A stretch of DNA of 64,000 nucleotides, taken from an uncultured Candidatus Saccharibacteria bacterium (GTDB lineage Bacteria; Patescibacteriota; 4484-211; JAGQKX01). The position numbers were made by a program, and so were the translations under genes. The stretch covers positions 41,234-105,233 of the forward strand of contig CAYMOT010000002.1 of the NCBI GenBank assembly GCA_964392315.1. The letters run 5' to 3'. The notes beneath the pieces were generated by a model that saw only the letters and a program-made list of their open reading frames with translations, made no database searches and was not told where the DNA came from. Positions 27,962-37,807 of this stretch are shown here, piece by piece (the stretch's first letter is position 1; the number at the start of each line of letters is the position of its first letter).

Positions 27962-27987
27962 GCAAAAAAACGTTCTTTTCTCCTGTC

Positions 27988-28016
27988 TTGACACCCCTAG
28001 CGCTATCCCCCATACT
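27988..28016 (+). promoter_or_regulatory. sigma70-like promoter for pilM (TTGACA-N17-CATACT) placed for a leaderless transcript
   Basis: TTGACA at 27988-27993, a 17-nt spacer, CATACT at 28011-28016. The pilM ATG at 28023 is 7 nt downstream with no SD. Confidence 0.45.
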
Positions 28017-28022
28017 GTATAT

Positions 28023-29075
28023 ATGGTTGAATTTTTTGGCTTAGATATAGGCACATATTCACTAAAACTCGTCGAGCTTGACGCTACTAATAATGGTAAA
28101 CGGTTATCCGCTATTGGATTAGTTACACCACCTCCAAATCTCATTTTTTCTGACTCAGAAGTAGATAAACAGACACTTGCTGATCATATTAAAAAGTTGG
28201 TAAAGGAGTCTGGAGCACATACCCGCAATGTTGTTGCGGCATTTCCCGAAAGCATGACCTTTACCCGAGTCATTGAGATGCCAAAAATTTCCGATCAAGA
28301 ACTCGCGAGTGCGATTGAATGGAGCGCTGAACAGTATATTCCAATGCCTTTGTCCGAAGTAAAGCTGTCATGGATGGTATTGGGTACAGAAGATGACAAA
28401 TCAAAACCAGGAGCAAAAATTGCCCGGATTCTCTTAGTAGCTGCACCGACATCCCTTATTGAACGGTATATGAGTATATTAGAGGCGGCCGATCTTGAAC
28501 CATACGCGTTCGAAACGGAGGTTATTGCAATATCACGTGCACTCATGACAACCGATCAATCAGGTCCGACAACTTTGAATGTATCTATTGGTGCCTCTAC
28601 AACCGACCTCTCAATAGTAGACGCACAAAATATCCAATTTACTCGCAGTATTGGTACCGGAGGCAATGCGTTAACACGGGCGATTAGTCAAGAACTTGGG
28701 TTTGAGCAAGGTCAATCAGAGGAATACAAACGCTCATACGGATTATTAGAAGATCAGCTTGAAGGGAAAATTATGAATATTCTCAAGCCGGTAGTTGATG
28801 TCATAATCAGCGAAGTTGAGCGTGCGGTACTCTCCTACCAGACCAAACACCCAGTAAACCCGGTTAAACGCGTTGTGATAACTGGAGGTTCAGCGCAATT
28901 GCCGGGACTTGTGGTGTATATGGCGAGTAGTTTGGGTATAGAAGTGCAAATCGGTAATCCTTGGCAGAATATCGAAATTCCTGAAAAGCTCAAATTCTCC
29001 ACGGAGGATACGCAGAACCAAGTGAGCTACACGGTAGCGCTCGGGTTGGCAAAACGAGATGTCGAAAACAATTAA
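28023..29075 (+). CDS. pilM: type IV pilus assembly protein PilM (actin-like ATPase fold)
   Basis: MVEFFGLDIGTYSLKLVELD N-terminus and the ITGGSAQLPGL C-terminal actin-like motif, 350 aa. Confidence 0.85.
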   Translation: MVEFFGLDIGTYSLKLVELDATNNGKRLSAIGLVTPPPNLIFSDSEVDKQTLADHIKKLVKESGAHTRNVVAAFPESMTFTRVIEMPKISDQELASAIEWSAEQYIPMPLSEVKLSWMVLGTEDDKSKPGAKIARILLVAAPTSLIERYMSILEAADLEPYAFETEVIAISRALMTTDQSGPTTLNVSIGASTTDLSIVDAQNIQFTRSIGTGGNALTRAISQELGFEQGQSEEYKRSYGLLEDQLEGKIMNILKPVVDVIISEVERAVLSYQTKHPVNPVKRVVITGGSAQLPGLVVYMASSLGIEVQIGNPWQNIEIPEKLKFSTEDTQNQVSYTVALGLAKRDVENN

Positions 29076-29598
29076 CCTTCTGCCCGATCCAGTTATTGAA
29101 ACCCAACGGCAGGCAACTACCGTATATCAAGGGACTGTTGTCAGCATTATTGGGTTTATTATTTTTGTTCTTCTGAACCTCATCTTCCTTTTTTTCGTTG
29201 TACGGACAAATGGCCAGTATGATCAAGTAGTTAAAGAAGCAGAACGCATAGAGCAGGAAATCAGGACATATGCGGATATCAGTACTGATTTGCGTTCTTT
29301 GCGTGGTTTGATACAACGGCATGTCCGTATGCAACGAGGACACATGAGGGTTGGCGAAGTTATTGAGTCAGTCACGACCGATGGTGATTCACTGGTTGTA
29401 TTTAACGAAATTGAATTGAAAGACGGTGAGCTTGTTCTGACAAATAGCACAAGCTCCTTAGAAGACGCGGTGACGTTTTTGCGAAGCGTGCGTACCAACA
29501 GTCTCTTTTCTGACATAGTAGTGAATGACATTGGATATAAAGGACTTACTCAGGATATTATCTTTAAAACCACGGTAACGCTCGCAAACGTCTTATGA
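29059..29598 (+). CDS. pilN: PilN-like pilus assembly protein
   Basis: INLLP motif at residues 5-9 and a single TM helix, 179 aa. Overlaps pilM by 17 nt. Confidence 0.65.
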   Translation: MSKTINLLPDPVIETQRQATTVYQGTVVSIIGFIIFVLLNLIFLFFVVRTNGQYDQVVKEAERIEQEIRTYADISTDLRSLRGLIQRHVRMQRGHMRVGEVIESVTTDGDSLVVFNEIELKDGELVLTNSTSSLEDAVTFLRSVRTNSLFSDIVVNDIGYKGLTQDIIFKTTVTLANVL

Positions 29599-30296
29599 AA
29601 CAACAGATAAACAGCATACTCATTCCACTAGCCACTTTGGGAATCATAATAGCGATAGGTGTGTTCTGGACTATCCCAACAGTGAAAAATTACTTGCGGG
29701 TCAAAAGCGATATCGTGCTTGAACAAAAAGAACTCAATGAGTCGCTTATCCCACAGCGGGATATTCTCGCAAATGCAGAATCTGGAGAAATAGAAGCCGG
29801 GCAAGAGGTTTTGGGCAAAGCAATTCTTGCAGAGCCTGATCCTGGTTTACTCCTTGCGATTGTAGAAGATATTGCCAATACAACCGGGGTGACAGTAACA
29901 AATCAACAGTATATTGGAAAAGAGATTAAACAGCAGACGATTCAATGCAGCTTTCGGGTCTTTGGGCCGGTGAGTCGGGTTCGAGACTTTTTGGTACAGT
30001 TAGAAGCGGTTAACCCCACCATATATGTACAGGAAATTGCTAGCGTGCTTGCGGGCGTTGGAGAAGATGATTCTATCTATCCTGGTCTTACCATTATGAA
30101 TACATTTGTAACTGCTGAGGCACCATATGGCACGCAACCGGCAGCAATTGAAGGTTATGCTGCGCTTGTAGTCTCTGAAGAAGATAAACAACTTATACAA
30201 GACATTGAACTGAGGCATAATTACCTTGATACTCCACTCTACTACCAAACACATGGACCATTCCCTGCAGGGAAGCAAGATCCATTTACCGAATGA
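29595..30296 (+). CDS. pilO: PilO-like pilus assembly protein
   Basis: Single N-terminal TM, then a coiled segment and a periplasmic-type domain. Sits in the canonical pilMNO order. 233 aa. Confidence 0.5.
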   Translation: MKQQINSILIPLATLGIIIAIGVFWTIPTVKNYLRVKSDIVLEQKELNESLIPQRDILANAESGEIEAGQEVLGKAILAEPDPGLLLAIVEDIANTTGVTVTNQQYIGKEIKQQTIQCSFRVFGPVSRVRDFLVQLEAVNPTIYVQEIASVLAGVGEDDSIYPGLTIMNTFVTAEAPYGTQPAAIEGYAALVVSEEDKQLIQDIELRHNYLDTPLYYQTHGPFPAGKQDPFTE

Positions 30297-30311
30297 GAAA
30301 GGCAGTTAACC

Positions 30312-30839
30312 ATGGCGTTACAAGATATAAACCTCTTACCCGAACAAGCGATTGAGGCATTGCAGCATGATAAGCTGCGCAAACAGAAACTCTATTACCT
30401 CATTGCTATTGTAGTTTCTCTTCTTGTAGTGACGATCCTTAGTGTTTTTGTGTATCACGCGTATGTACAAACGGTAGAAGCAGAGCAAGAATTACTTGCA
30501 GAACAAGAAGCACGTTTAGAGAACCTTAACCCGCTATGGAACGAAATCATACAACTCAATACAGGTGTACAAATGATACCTCCTGCGAGAGCACAAATTA
30601 CTCAATTACGAAAAACACTCGAAGTGGTGACAACCGGTCTTGAAGGCCTTACTCTTTTACAATTTAACTATCCAGGTGAGGGAATATATGAATTGGATAT
30701 ACAAGCGCTCAACAAAGAAGAATCTAAGAGATATGTACAATACCTGCAAGAATCACTGCCTACAGCGCGAGTGGCACAGGTTGAATCAATACGAGAGCTC
30801 AATGAAATAATATATTTCACAGTTCGTATCGAATATTAA
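30312..30839 (+). CDS. second PilN-like protein (INLLP motif)
   Basis: MALQDINLLPEQ, then a TM helix LYYLIAIVVSLLVVTILSVFVY, 175 aa. Confidence 0.5.
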   Translation: MALQDINLLPEQAIEALQHDKLRKQKLYYLIAIVVSLLVVTILSVFVYHAYVQTVEAEQELLAEQEARLENLNPLWNEIIQLNTGVQMIPPARAQITQLRKTLEVVTTGLEGLTLLQFNYPGEGIYELDIQALNKEESKRYVQYLQESLPTARVAQVESIRELNEIIYFTVRIEY

Positions 30840-30871
30840 GTCTGTATTACGATAGGCTTAGTTTTTACACT

Positions 30872-31744
30872 ATGAAAGAACAACAAAAAGAACAAATACA
30901 TTCACCAACTCTACGGCAAGAACCTCCTCCTTCGTTGCCACCGCAGGATCCACCACAGTCTATGCTTGATACGATCTCGGGACAAGCAGTGGTAGAACAA
31001 GAACAAGAAACCGTGCAGAAAAAGAAGCGATTTTCTTTGCCTCGAATAACCCCTGAAATGTTTTTTGAGCACAGTCGTTTGAAGCGAAAGGTCAAATTTG
31101 TCATAGCCGGATATATAGTCTTAGTGGTAGTGCCGCTTATATATGGTTTCTATACACAGTGGCAAAAAAATAATGACTTAGAGGCCCAACGGGAACTCAG
31201 GGAACAACAATTCATTTTTCCGCTTACTACCCTTGATAATGCTGAGTACATCGCCACTCGGCAATTGTTGTACACGACGATGCAGGTAGAGCGTGATCCG
31301 GTGTATGCATTATATGCACTTGAACAGCTTGCAAGCCGTGCAGAGGTGAGGCTTATCAATCCGACATACAACATAGATACTTCAAAAACAGACAAACCGA
31401 TTGGCGTTCATGTCACTACCATTGTCAAGGGAACACACAGTGCACTGCTTACGTATCTCAAAGAGCTCGAGCAATTTCGGTATGTAATCACTATTGACCA
31501 GTTTGTAGTACGGGTTACTGATACGGGAGAATCGGAAGCGGATCTGGTATTGGAGTATGTATTTGCACCAAAGATTACAGAAGAACAAACAGAAATGAGT
31601 CAGAAACTGGCACAAGGTCTGCGGGTAGACTATCCAATAGCGGGTGCCGACACACTGATCGAACAGCTACAATCCTTTACAGAAATAATTATGGATAAAC
31701 TAGGAACATACGTGGTTGGGAAGGGAGATTTGTTCGCGTCGTAA
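30872..31744 (+). CDS. PilO/PilP-like single-TM pilus assembly protein with low-complexity Pro/Gln-rich N-terminus
   Basis: 290 aa with a TM helix near residue 95. Its position after pilMNO suggests a PilP/PilO-type component. No diagnostic motif. Confidence 0.35.
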   Translation: MKEQQKEQIHSPTLRQEPPPSLPPQDPPQSMLDTISGQAVVEQEQETVQKKKRFSLPRITPEMFFEHSRLKRKVKFVIAGYIVLVVVPLIYGFYTQWQKNNDLEAQRELREQQFIFPLTTLDNAEYIATRQLLYTTMQVERDPVYALYALEQLASRAEVRLINPTYNIDTSKTDKPIGVHVTTIVKGTHSALLTYLKELEQFRYVITIDQFVVRVTDTGESEADLVLEYVFAPKITEEQTEMSQKLAQGLRVDYPIAGADTLIEQLQSFTEIIMDKLGTYVVGKGDLFAS

Positions 31745-31754
31745 AGAAGAATCA

Positions 31755-32042
31755 CTATGCTTCGTCTTCGGGTAATTCGGTTGCTAGGGCATCACCTGAC
31801 CGATCGGGTTTCTCATTGGTGAGATCTAAATAGACACGTTTGCCTTCCTTTATAGCTTGTATCTTGATTAAATTTCGTATTGCGTTGATTACCTTTCCCT
31901 CTTTTCCGATGACAAGACCAGCATCGTTCGGGTCTACTGTGATATGAAATCGTACTGCCCCTTCCTCTTCTTCTTGTGTTATTGAAACATTTTCAGGATT
32001 CTCTACTATCTTCTTTACAATATACTCAAGGAAATCGTGCAT
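31755..32042 (-). CDS. khpA: KH-domain RNA-binding protein (KhpA/YlqC family)
   Basis: VIGKEGKVINAIRNLI KH core, 95 aa. Conserved position downstream of rpsP. Confidence 0.8.
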   Translation of the reverse strand: MHDFLEYIVKKIVENPENVSITQEEEEGAVRFHITVDPNDAGLVIGKEGKVINAIRNLIKIQAIKEGKRVYLDLTNEKPDRSGDALATELPEDEA

Positions 32043-32045
32043 AAT

Positions 32046-32282
32046 TTATGAGGTGTACTTCTTTATCAGGTCACGCACCGTATCTGTTGGTTGTGCTCCT
32101 TGTAAAAGCCACTTGTCGTATTGTTCTTTATTTACTTCAAAAACTTTCGGATCTACGAGTGGATCATAGTAGCCGAGGTACGCTATAGCTTTGCCGCCGC
32201 GTTTGCTTTTGGCATTCATTGCCGCAATTCGGTAGGAGGGTCTATGTTTTCTTCCAGTTCTGATGAGTTTTATCTTAACCAT
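32046..32282 (-). CDS. rpsP: 30S ribosomal protein S16
   Basis: MVKIKLIRTGRKHRPSYRIAAMNAKSKRGGKAIAYLGYYDP: the canonical S16 N-terminus. Confidence 0.95.
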   Translation of the reverse strand: MVKIKLIRTGRKHRPSYRIAAMNAKSKRGGKAIAYLGYYDPLVDPKVFEVNKEQYDKWLLQGAQPTDTVRDLIKKYTS

Positions 32283-32300
32283 ATCGTCGAGATTGTAACA

Positions 32301-32987
32301 TTAAGTTTCCCAGTCCTCAAGCGCAGTTTGGGCGGCTTCTATCTCTGCCTTTTGCTTACTCGATCCCTCCCCTGCCCCAACCTGTTTTTTGCCCAAAAAG
32401 ACGCCAACTTTGAAAGTTTTTTGATGATCAGGTCCCCACTCTTCCAAGACTTCGTAATGCGGTGTTACATTTAACACTTCTTGCGAAAGCTCCTGCAATT
32501 TGCTTTTCGCATCTTTATAGAGCTTGTTTTGGATTATGTGCTCAAGTTTTATGGTTACGTAGTTATGTACGACCTCCGTTACCTTTTGATAGCCGAATTC
32601 TAGATATATTGCACCAAGGAGTGCTTCAAACGTGTTGGCAAGCAGATATTCAGAATTTCTGCCATTGCTTGCTGCCTCTCCCCTACTCAGTAATAAATAT
32701 GCTCCCAAATCAAGCTGTCTGGCGCAATCGGCAAGGGATTGAGTATTTACAATAGCCGACCGATAGTTTGTGAGATCTCCTTCGGGGTTCTCGGGATACG
32801 TACGAAATAAGTGTTCAGACACGGCAAGTTCAAGGCAAGCATCCCCTAAAAATTCCAAGCGTTCATTAGATTGCAAGTGAAACCGAGGATTCTCGTTAAG
32901 ATATGAACGATGAATGAATGCGTTTAGCAGCAGGTCTTTATTTTGAAAATTGATGCCTAATTTTTCTTCTAAACTTTCAAGAGACAT
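32301..32987 (-). CDS. rnc: ribonuclease III
   Basis: ERLEFLGDACLELAVSEHLF catalytic signature plus a C-terminal dsRBD, 228 aa. Confidence 0.93.
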   Translation of the reverse strand: MSLESLEEKLGINFQNKDLLLNAFIHRSYLNENPRFHLQSNERLEFLGDACLELAVSEHLFRTYPENPEGDLTNYRSAIVNTQSLADCARQLDLGAYLLLSRGEAASNGRNSEYLLANTFEALLGAIYLEFGYQKVTEVVHNYVTIKLEHIIQNKLYKDAKSKLQELSQEVLNVTPHYEVLEEWGPDHQKTFKVGVFLGKKQVGAGEGSSKQKAEIEAAQTALEDWET

Positions 32988-33046
32988 AGGTAGGAATAAT
33001 ATACAAATAAGAAAATATGCAAATAGAATTCTGAATTAAATAGTTA

Positions 33047-33508
33047 CTAGTTCCCTTGGTTACTATTTTCTACGTGTTCTTTTACGACGGTGCCGAGAAC
33101 GCCATTAACAAACTTGCTGCTCGCGTCGCTCCCAAATTCTTTCGCGAGTTCTACCGCCTCGTCTATTGTAACTTTTACTGGTGCCTCTTTGCGATACAGC
33201 AATTCATAAATTGCTATACGAAGGATATTTGCATCAATACGCGAGATCTGATCTACCGGCCATTCAGGCGCACACTTTCCAATAATACTGTCAATTGACT
33301 CCTTATTGCCGATAGCGCCCCGTATGAGATCTTCTGCCATGTCGTATTTAACATTTTTTTCGGCATATACCTCCTCCATGCTTTGAAATGTCTTTTGGAT
33401 GAGATCATCAATTGTAGGTTCGGAGTCATCTTTTCTGATGCTTAATTGGTATAGCGTTTGAAGTGCAACTTTGCGGGCGAGGTGTCGTGGGTCTTTATTG
33501 GTTTTCAT
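33047..33508 (-). CDS. nusB: transcription antitermination factor NusB
   Basis: [13 protein letters not shown]... NusB helical-fold signature, 153 aa. Confidence 0.85.
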   Translation of the reverse strand: MKTNKDPRHLARKVALQTLYQLSIRKDDSEPTIDDLIQKTFQSMEEVYAEKNVKYDMAEDLIRGAIGNKESIDSIIGKCAPEWPVDQISRIDANILRIAIYELLYRKEAPVKVTIDEAVELAKEFGSDASSKFVNGVLGTVVKEHVENSNQGN

Positions 33509-33729
33509 TATTGCTTTTTTGCACTATCGACTTTAGTCACTTTTGTGTCTGTTTCTAAAACTTGGATGCCGTTGTACATGCCACAATTTTTACAGACACG
33601 GTGGGGCAATTTGAGTGAACCACACTCGGTACATGGTTGTAGTGCGGGTAAGGAAAATTTATTTTGCCAGGCTGTGTGACGATGTCTGCGTCTTGTTAAA
33701 CTTGGTTTCTTTTTTGGTACTGCTGCCAT
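33508..33729 (-). CDS. rpmF: 50S ribosomal protein L32
   Basis: [23 protein letters not shown]-terminus and the zinc-ribbon [18 protein letters not shown]. The ORF is longer; I chose the ATG at 33729. Confidence 0.9.
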   Translation of the reverse strand: MAAVPKKKPSLTRRRHRHTAWQNKFSLPALQPCTECGSLKLPHRVCKNCGMYNGIQVLETDTKVTKVDSAKKQ

Positions 33730-33832
33730 GGATAAAAATAGACAAATATGCCTGCCTGCGCAGGCAGGCAAATAAGCAAATTTGCAAATAATATCGGTGT
33801 TATTATAGCGAAATTACATAAAAAATCCAGCA

Positions 33833-34405
33833 CTAAACAGATATTGTGTAAAAACAGACTCCAGTTGTGCCGTACTTTCGGGGCTCTGAACGAACCCATA
33901 TGTTTCCTCGAATATCTCTAATCTGTGGTTGAGGAGTGTAGTGAGCATCATGTAGAAACACTAATGTCCCTTGTGGTTTCAGTATCTGTACAATGTCAGC
34001 TAATGTAAGAGTATCTGCCAATTTGTATGGTGGGTCTAAAAAAATGACATCGTATAGAACTGGGAATTCGCGTTGGACAAATGTATTTGCATTTGCTTGG
34101 ACTATCCTCGATTTCGTGTCAAAGCCTGTTTTTTGTAAATTCTCAGCAAGAATTTGTATGTGTGCTTTGTCTTTTTCGACAAAATCGACGTGGTGCGCAC
34201 CACGAGAGAGTGCTTCAATGCCGAGCGCGCCAGTTCCTGCGAACAGGTCAGCAACAAGCATGTTTTGATAGCCGACCTCGGACAAGTAGTTGCTTTCGAG
34301 CATGCTAAAAATTGCCAGCCGTACTTGGTTCTGGCTTGGACGGAGTGAGCGCTCTGCAGGGGCTTTGAGTTTGAATCCGCGGACCGATCCGCCTGTCACT
34401 TGCAT
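33833..34405 (-). CDS. rsmD: 16S rRNA (guanine966-N2)-methyltransferase RsmD
   Basis: DLFAGTGALGIEALSRGA SAM motif and the VIFLDPPY motif, 190 aa. Confidence 0.88.
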   Translation of the reverse strand: MQVTGGSVRGFKLKAPAERSLRPSQNQVRLAIFSMLESNYLSEVGYQNMLVADLFAGTGALGIEALSRGAHHVDFVEKDKAHIQILAENLQKTGFDTKSRIVQANANTFVQREFPVLYDVIFLDPPYKLADTLTLADIVQILKPQGTLVFLHDAHYTPQPQIRDIRGNIWVRSEPRKYGTTGVCFYTISV

Positions 34406-34450
34406 ACTTTTACAATAGTACTATTATATATATAGTCACCACTGCTTTCT

Positions 34451-35566
34451 ATGCAACGCTTTTTTAGTACAAAGCCTCCGCGTATTGCCCGTATTTTAGC
34501 GGGTACATTACTCCTTCTTGCTGCAATAGGAGTATCCATAACCGCCAAAAGCATAGATCCAGACCATTTGCGTGCGACTACGGCGTCTTTGTTGAATGGA
34601 GGAATTATTATTTCTGATGATCCAGGTGTTGGCATTATTGGAGATAGTAACAGTGATGAGTATAGAGGCGATGAAAACTTAGGTGGTGCTTTTAAAAAAG
34701 ATACACTCAACTGGGTTGAGCAACTTGCACAGAGTCGCTTGGTCAATTTTGGAAGCTGGACTGATAGTGCACGACCTGAACCCCGAAGAAAAGGATTCGA
34801 ATTCAACTGGGCTCGGTATGGGGCGAGAACGGCGGACTTGATAAATCAAGGGCAGCACACAGCAATAGCGGAACAAATAAAACAGGGTAAAATAAAGTTG
34901 GTCATTGTTCATATTGGTGCTAATGATTACGCACCGTACTATCCGGATGGCTATAATCCCATTTACTCTGGAACTTTAAGCGATACACAGATTTCCCAAA
35001 AAGTTAACGCAATTATCACAAACTTAGACACTGCCCTACGCACTGTTTCTCAGGCAGGTAATGGCCAAATAGGAATTATCGTTACTAATATCATGGATTG
35101 GAATCTGCACCCGCTCGTAAAGAGCAATTACCCTGACCAAGTTGGACGAGCGAGAGTAACCAGAGCAATAAATGAAACCAACGCTCGGATGGAAGCACTC
35201 GCCGCGAATTATAACGCCGTGTATAACGATCTTAATGCATTTGCGCATACCATTGTATCTAGACTTGATAAAAAGGGGCGGTATGTTGTTGGGGGAGAGT
35301 ATATTCGTGTACTGGCCATTGGAGATGAGCCACATAGAGGGTTTCTTGGTGATCAGATACATGCGGGGACTGTGTTAGAAGGGCTTTTTGCGAATGAATA
35401 TATCAAGCTATTTAATACAACGTATGGTTCGATAATTGGTTACACCATTCCACCATTGACAGAATTAGAGATTTTACAAAACGCTGGAATAGTATATCAA
35501 CCGCTTGAGTGTTTAAGGAAAGTCCGTTATTCTGTTCGTCTAGCGTGCCTGAAGAATCAACTATAG
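34451..35566 (+). CDS. secreted SGNH/GDSL-family hydrolase
   Basis: Signal/TM N-terminus, GDSNSDEY block I (catalytic Ser), IVHIGANDY block III, and DQIH near the C-terminus (catalytic His). 371 aa. Confidence 0.7.
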   Translation: MQRFFSTKPPRIARILAGTLLLLAAIGVSITAKSIDPDHLRATTASLLNGGIIISDDPGVGIIGDSNSDEYRGDENLGGAFKKDTLNWVEQLAQSRLVNFGSWTDSARPEPRRKGFEFNWARYGARTADLINQGQHTAIAEQIKQGKIKLVIVHIGANDYAPYYPDGYNPIYSGTLSDTQISQKVNAIITNLDTALRTVSQAGNGQIGIIVTNIMDWNLHPLVKSNYPDQVGRARVTRAINETNARMEALAANYNAVYNDLNAFAHTIVSRLDKKGRYVVGGEYIRVLAIGDEPHRGFLGDQIHAGTVLEGLFANEYIKLFNTTYGSIIGYTIPPLTELEILQNAGIVYQPLECLRKVRYSVRLACLKNQL

Positions 35567-35588
35567 TTCATCTGCATATAGCTTGTTA

Positions 35589-37553
35589 TTACTTATAAGT
35601 TGCAATTTCCAGTGCCTTCCGTGTATCCTCGATTAATTTGATATTGGTGATTTCTGCAAACCGTAACTCCCCTACCCCGTGCTGCTTAGTTCCAAATAAT
35701 TGGCCGGGTCCACGTAATTTTAAGTCAATCTCTGCGAGTTCTAATCCATTATGGTGGGTTTCCATTGCTTTGAGCCGTGTAAGTGCCAAGTCGTCATCTG
35801 TAGCAGTGAAAAGAAAACAATACCCTTGTTGTCCGCGTCTTCCCACCCTACCCCGTAATTGGTGGAGGGTAGATAAGCCAAAGCGTTCGGCATTTTCAAT
35901 GACAATTATTGACGCACCAGGTGCATCAATACCGACTTCCACTACCGATGTCGTGACAAGGATATCAATGTTCCCACTGCGAAATTGATCGATGATCTGA
36001 TTTTTTTGCTTTGCCGGTAGTCGACCATGAATAAGCGCAAGTCTTAGACTTCCAAATTCCTTTTGTAACCTCTCAAATTCAGATGTCGCTGCCTTAACGT
36101 CGGTGAGGGTTTCATGTTCTGATTCGTTGATAAGTGGATAGACAATAATTGCTTGAGGTGATCCGTTCATGTGCGAGATTTGTTCATGGATCCAGTTGTA
36201 TGAATCCTGTCTCTTTATTTGTGGTACCACCCATGTTTTCACCGGGAGCCTCCCGGGTGGCAACTCGTCAATAACTGATAAATCTTGGTCTCCATACAAC
36301 GTAAGTGCAATACTTCTTGGGATAGGTGTTGCGGTCATTGCGAGGACATGTGGCGTTATTTTCTGCCCTGTGACAAGTTGTGCACGTTGTTCTACCCCAA
36401 ATTTGTGTTGTTCATCTACGATGAGGAGCCCTAATCGCTCAATGGTGTCTTTCTGATTAAACAATGCGTGGGTACCGACAATGATGTCTGCAGCATGAAA
36501 CTCGTCTGTTTTAGTGCTTCCCGTCACGATAGCTATTGTCAGCGCATGTTCTTTGAACAGTTCTTGGAGTGTTGAAGCGTGCTGTTGGGCCAACACTTCT
36601 GTAGGTGCGAGTATGACGGTTTTATATCCATGTAGATGTGCAATATATGCACCAATTGCTGCGATGACTGTCTTTCCCGATCCGACATCTCCTTGTAGTA
36701 GCCTATTCATAGGCTGATTTTTTGATAAGTCTGTAAGGAGGTGTTTTGCCACACGATGTTGTGCATCGGTTAAGGTGAAGGGCAATTTGGCAATAAAATT
36801 AATTATCCCGTCGTTATGCTTAGCCATGTCAACAAGAAACGGTGCAGGTTGTTTATTCCATTGCATGCGACGCTTTTGGGATTCCTTTTGAATACTGAAC
36901 ACCTCTTCAAAAGCGAGCCGGTAACGCGCTTGTTCTGTCTTCGTCAGGTCTGTGGGAAAGTGCAGGATTTCGAGTGTTTCCACCAGCGTTGGTAAATTGA
37001 AGTCTTGCAAAATGGATTCGTGGAGCGTTTCGACCAGGAGGTGTTTATTTTTTTGCCACGCGCTTTTTACAATTTTAGCGAGCCAGCTGCTTTGTACACC
37101 TTCTGTCTCGGGGTAAATGGGCAGTACGTCGCCTATTGCAGGTTCGCCTTCATCAATCTTCTTCCATACTGGGGCGATGATTGCTCTCTTGCGGTCCCAC
37201 CATGAAACTTTACCAGAAGCACGAATCCGGTCACCTGCATATAATACCTTTGTCAAAAATACCTGGTTGAACCAAACAAGCTGTATTGAGCCCGTTTCAT
37301 CCTGTACCGTCGCGGTAGTAATTTTTTTGTGGCGGCGGGTATATGTATTCTTGATTTCAGTAATTGTGCCGGTTATCGTATACGTTTCGTCGATTTGTAT
37401 ATTTTTTATTTGTGCAACTTTACTAAAATCGAGATAACGATGGGGTATATGAAAAATGAGGTCGTATACCGTGAATATTCCCAACTTCTCAAGTCTTTTT
37501 GCGTACTTCTCCCCTACCCCAGATAGTGTAGTAACGGGATTAGTTAGTGACAT
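35589..37553 (-). CDS. recG: ATP-dependent DNA helicase RecG
   Basis: N-terminal wedge/OB domain, helicase motifs LLQGDVGSGKT, DEQHKFG and TATP, 654 aa. Confidence 0.92.
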   Translation of the reverse strand: MSLTNPVTTLSGVGEKYAKRLEKLGIFTVYDLIFHIPHRYLDFSKVAQIKNIQIDETYTITGTITEIKNTYTRRHKKITTATVQDETGSIQLVWFNQVFLTKVLYAGDRIRASGKVSWWDRKRAIIAPVWKKIDEGEPAIGDVLPIYPETEGVQSSWLAKIVKSAWQKNKHLLVETLHESILQDFNLPTLVETLEILHFPTDLTKTEQARYRLAFEEVFSIQKESQKRRMQWNKQPAPFLVDMAKHNDGIINFIAKLPFTLTDAQHRVAKHLLTDLSKNQPMNRLLQGDVGSGKTVIAAIGAYIAHLHGYKTVILAPTEVLAQQHASTLQELFKEHALTIAIVTGSTKTDEFHAADIIVGTHALFNQKDTIERLGLLIVDEQHKFGVEQRAQLVTGQKITPHVLAMTATPIPRSIALTLYGDQDLSVIDELPPGRLPVKTWVVPQIKRQDSYNWIHEQISHMNGSPQAIIVYPLINESEHETLTDVKAATSEFERLQKEFGSLRLALIHGRLPAKQKNQIIDQFRSGNIDILVTTSVVEVGIDAPGASIIVIENAERFGLSTLHQLRGRVGRRGQQGYCFLFTATDDDLALTRLKAMETHHNGLELAEIDLKLRGPGQLFGTKQHGVGELRFAEITNIKLIEDTRKALEIATYK

Positions 37554-37807
37554 ATGTGAGATTGTACCAAGCAGGCTTGATACGCTGTGTAGGGATGTTA
37601 CGTCGTGTACTTAAATGTAGAGAAGTACAGATAAAATAGGCATGAGAACCATGCTAATTGAAATAATTATAGCGAGTACGAGGAATATTTTGTGATGTCT
37701 TCTGAAAAACTTGAGCATACTCAAATTGTAATCAACAAATAATCAAATAGGCAAATATACAAATGAACGAAAAAACCGGTCTGCCGACAAACAAGCAATA
37801 ACCTAAT

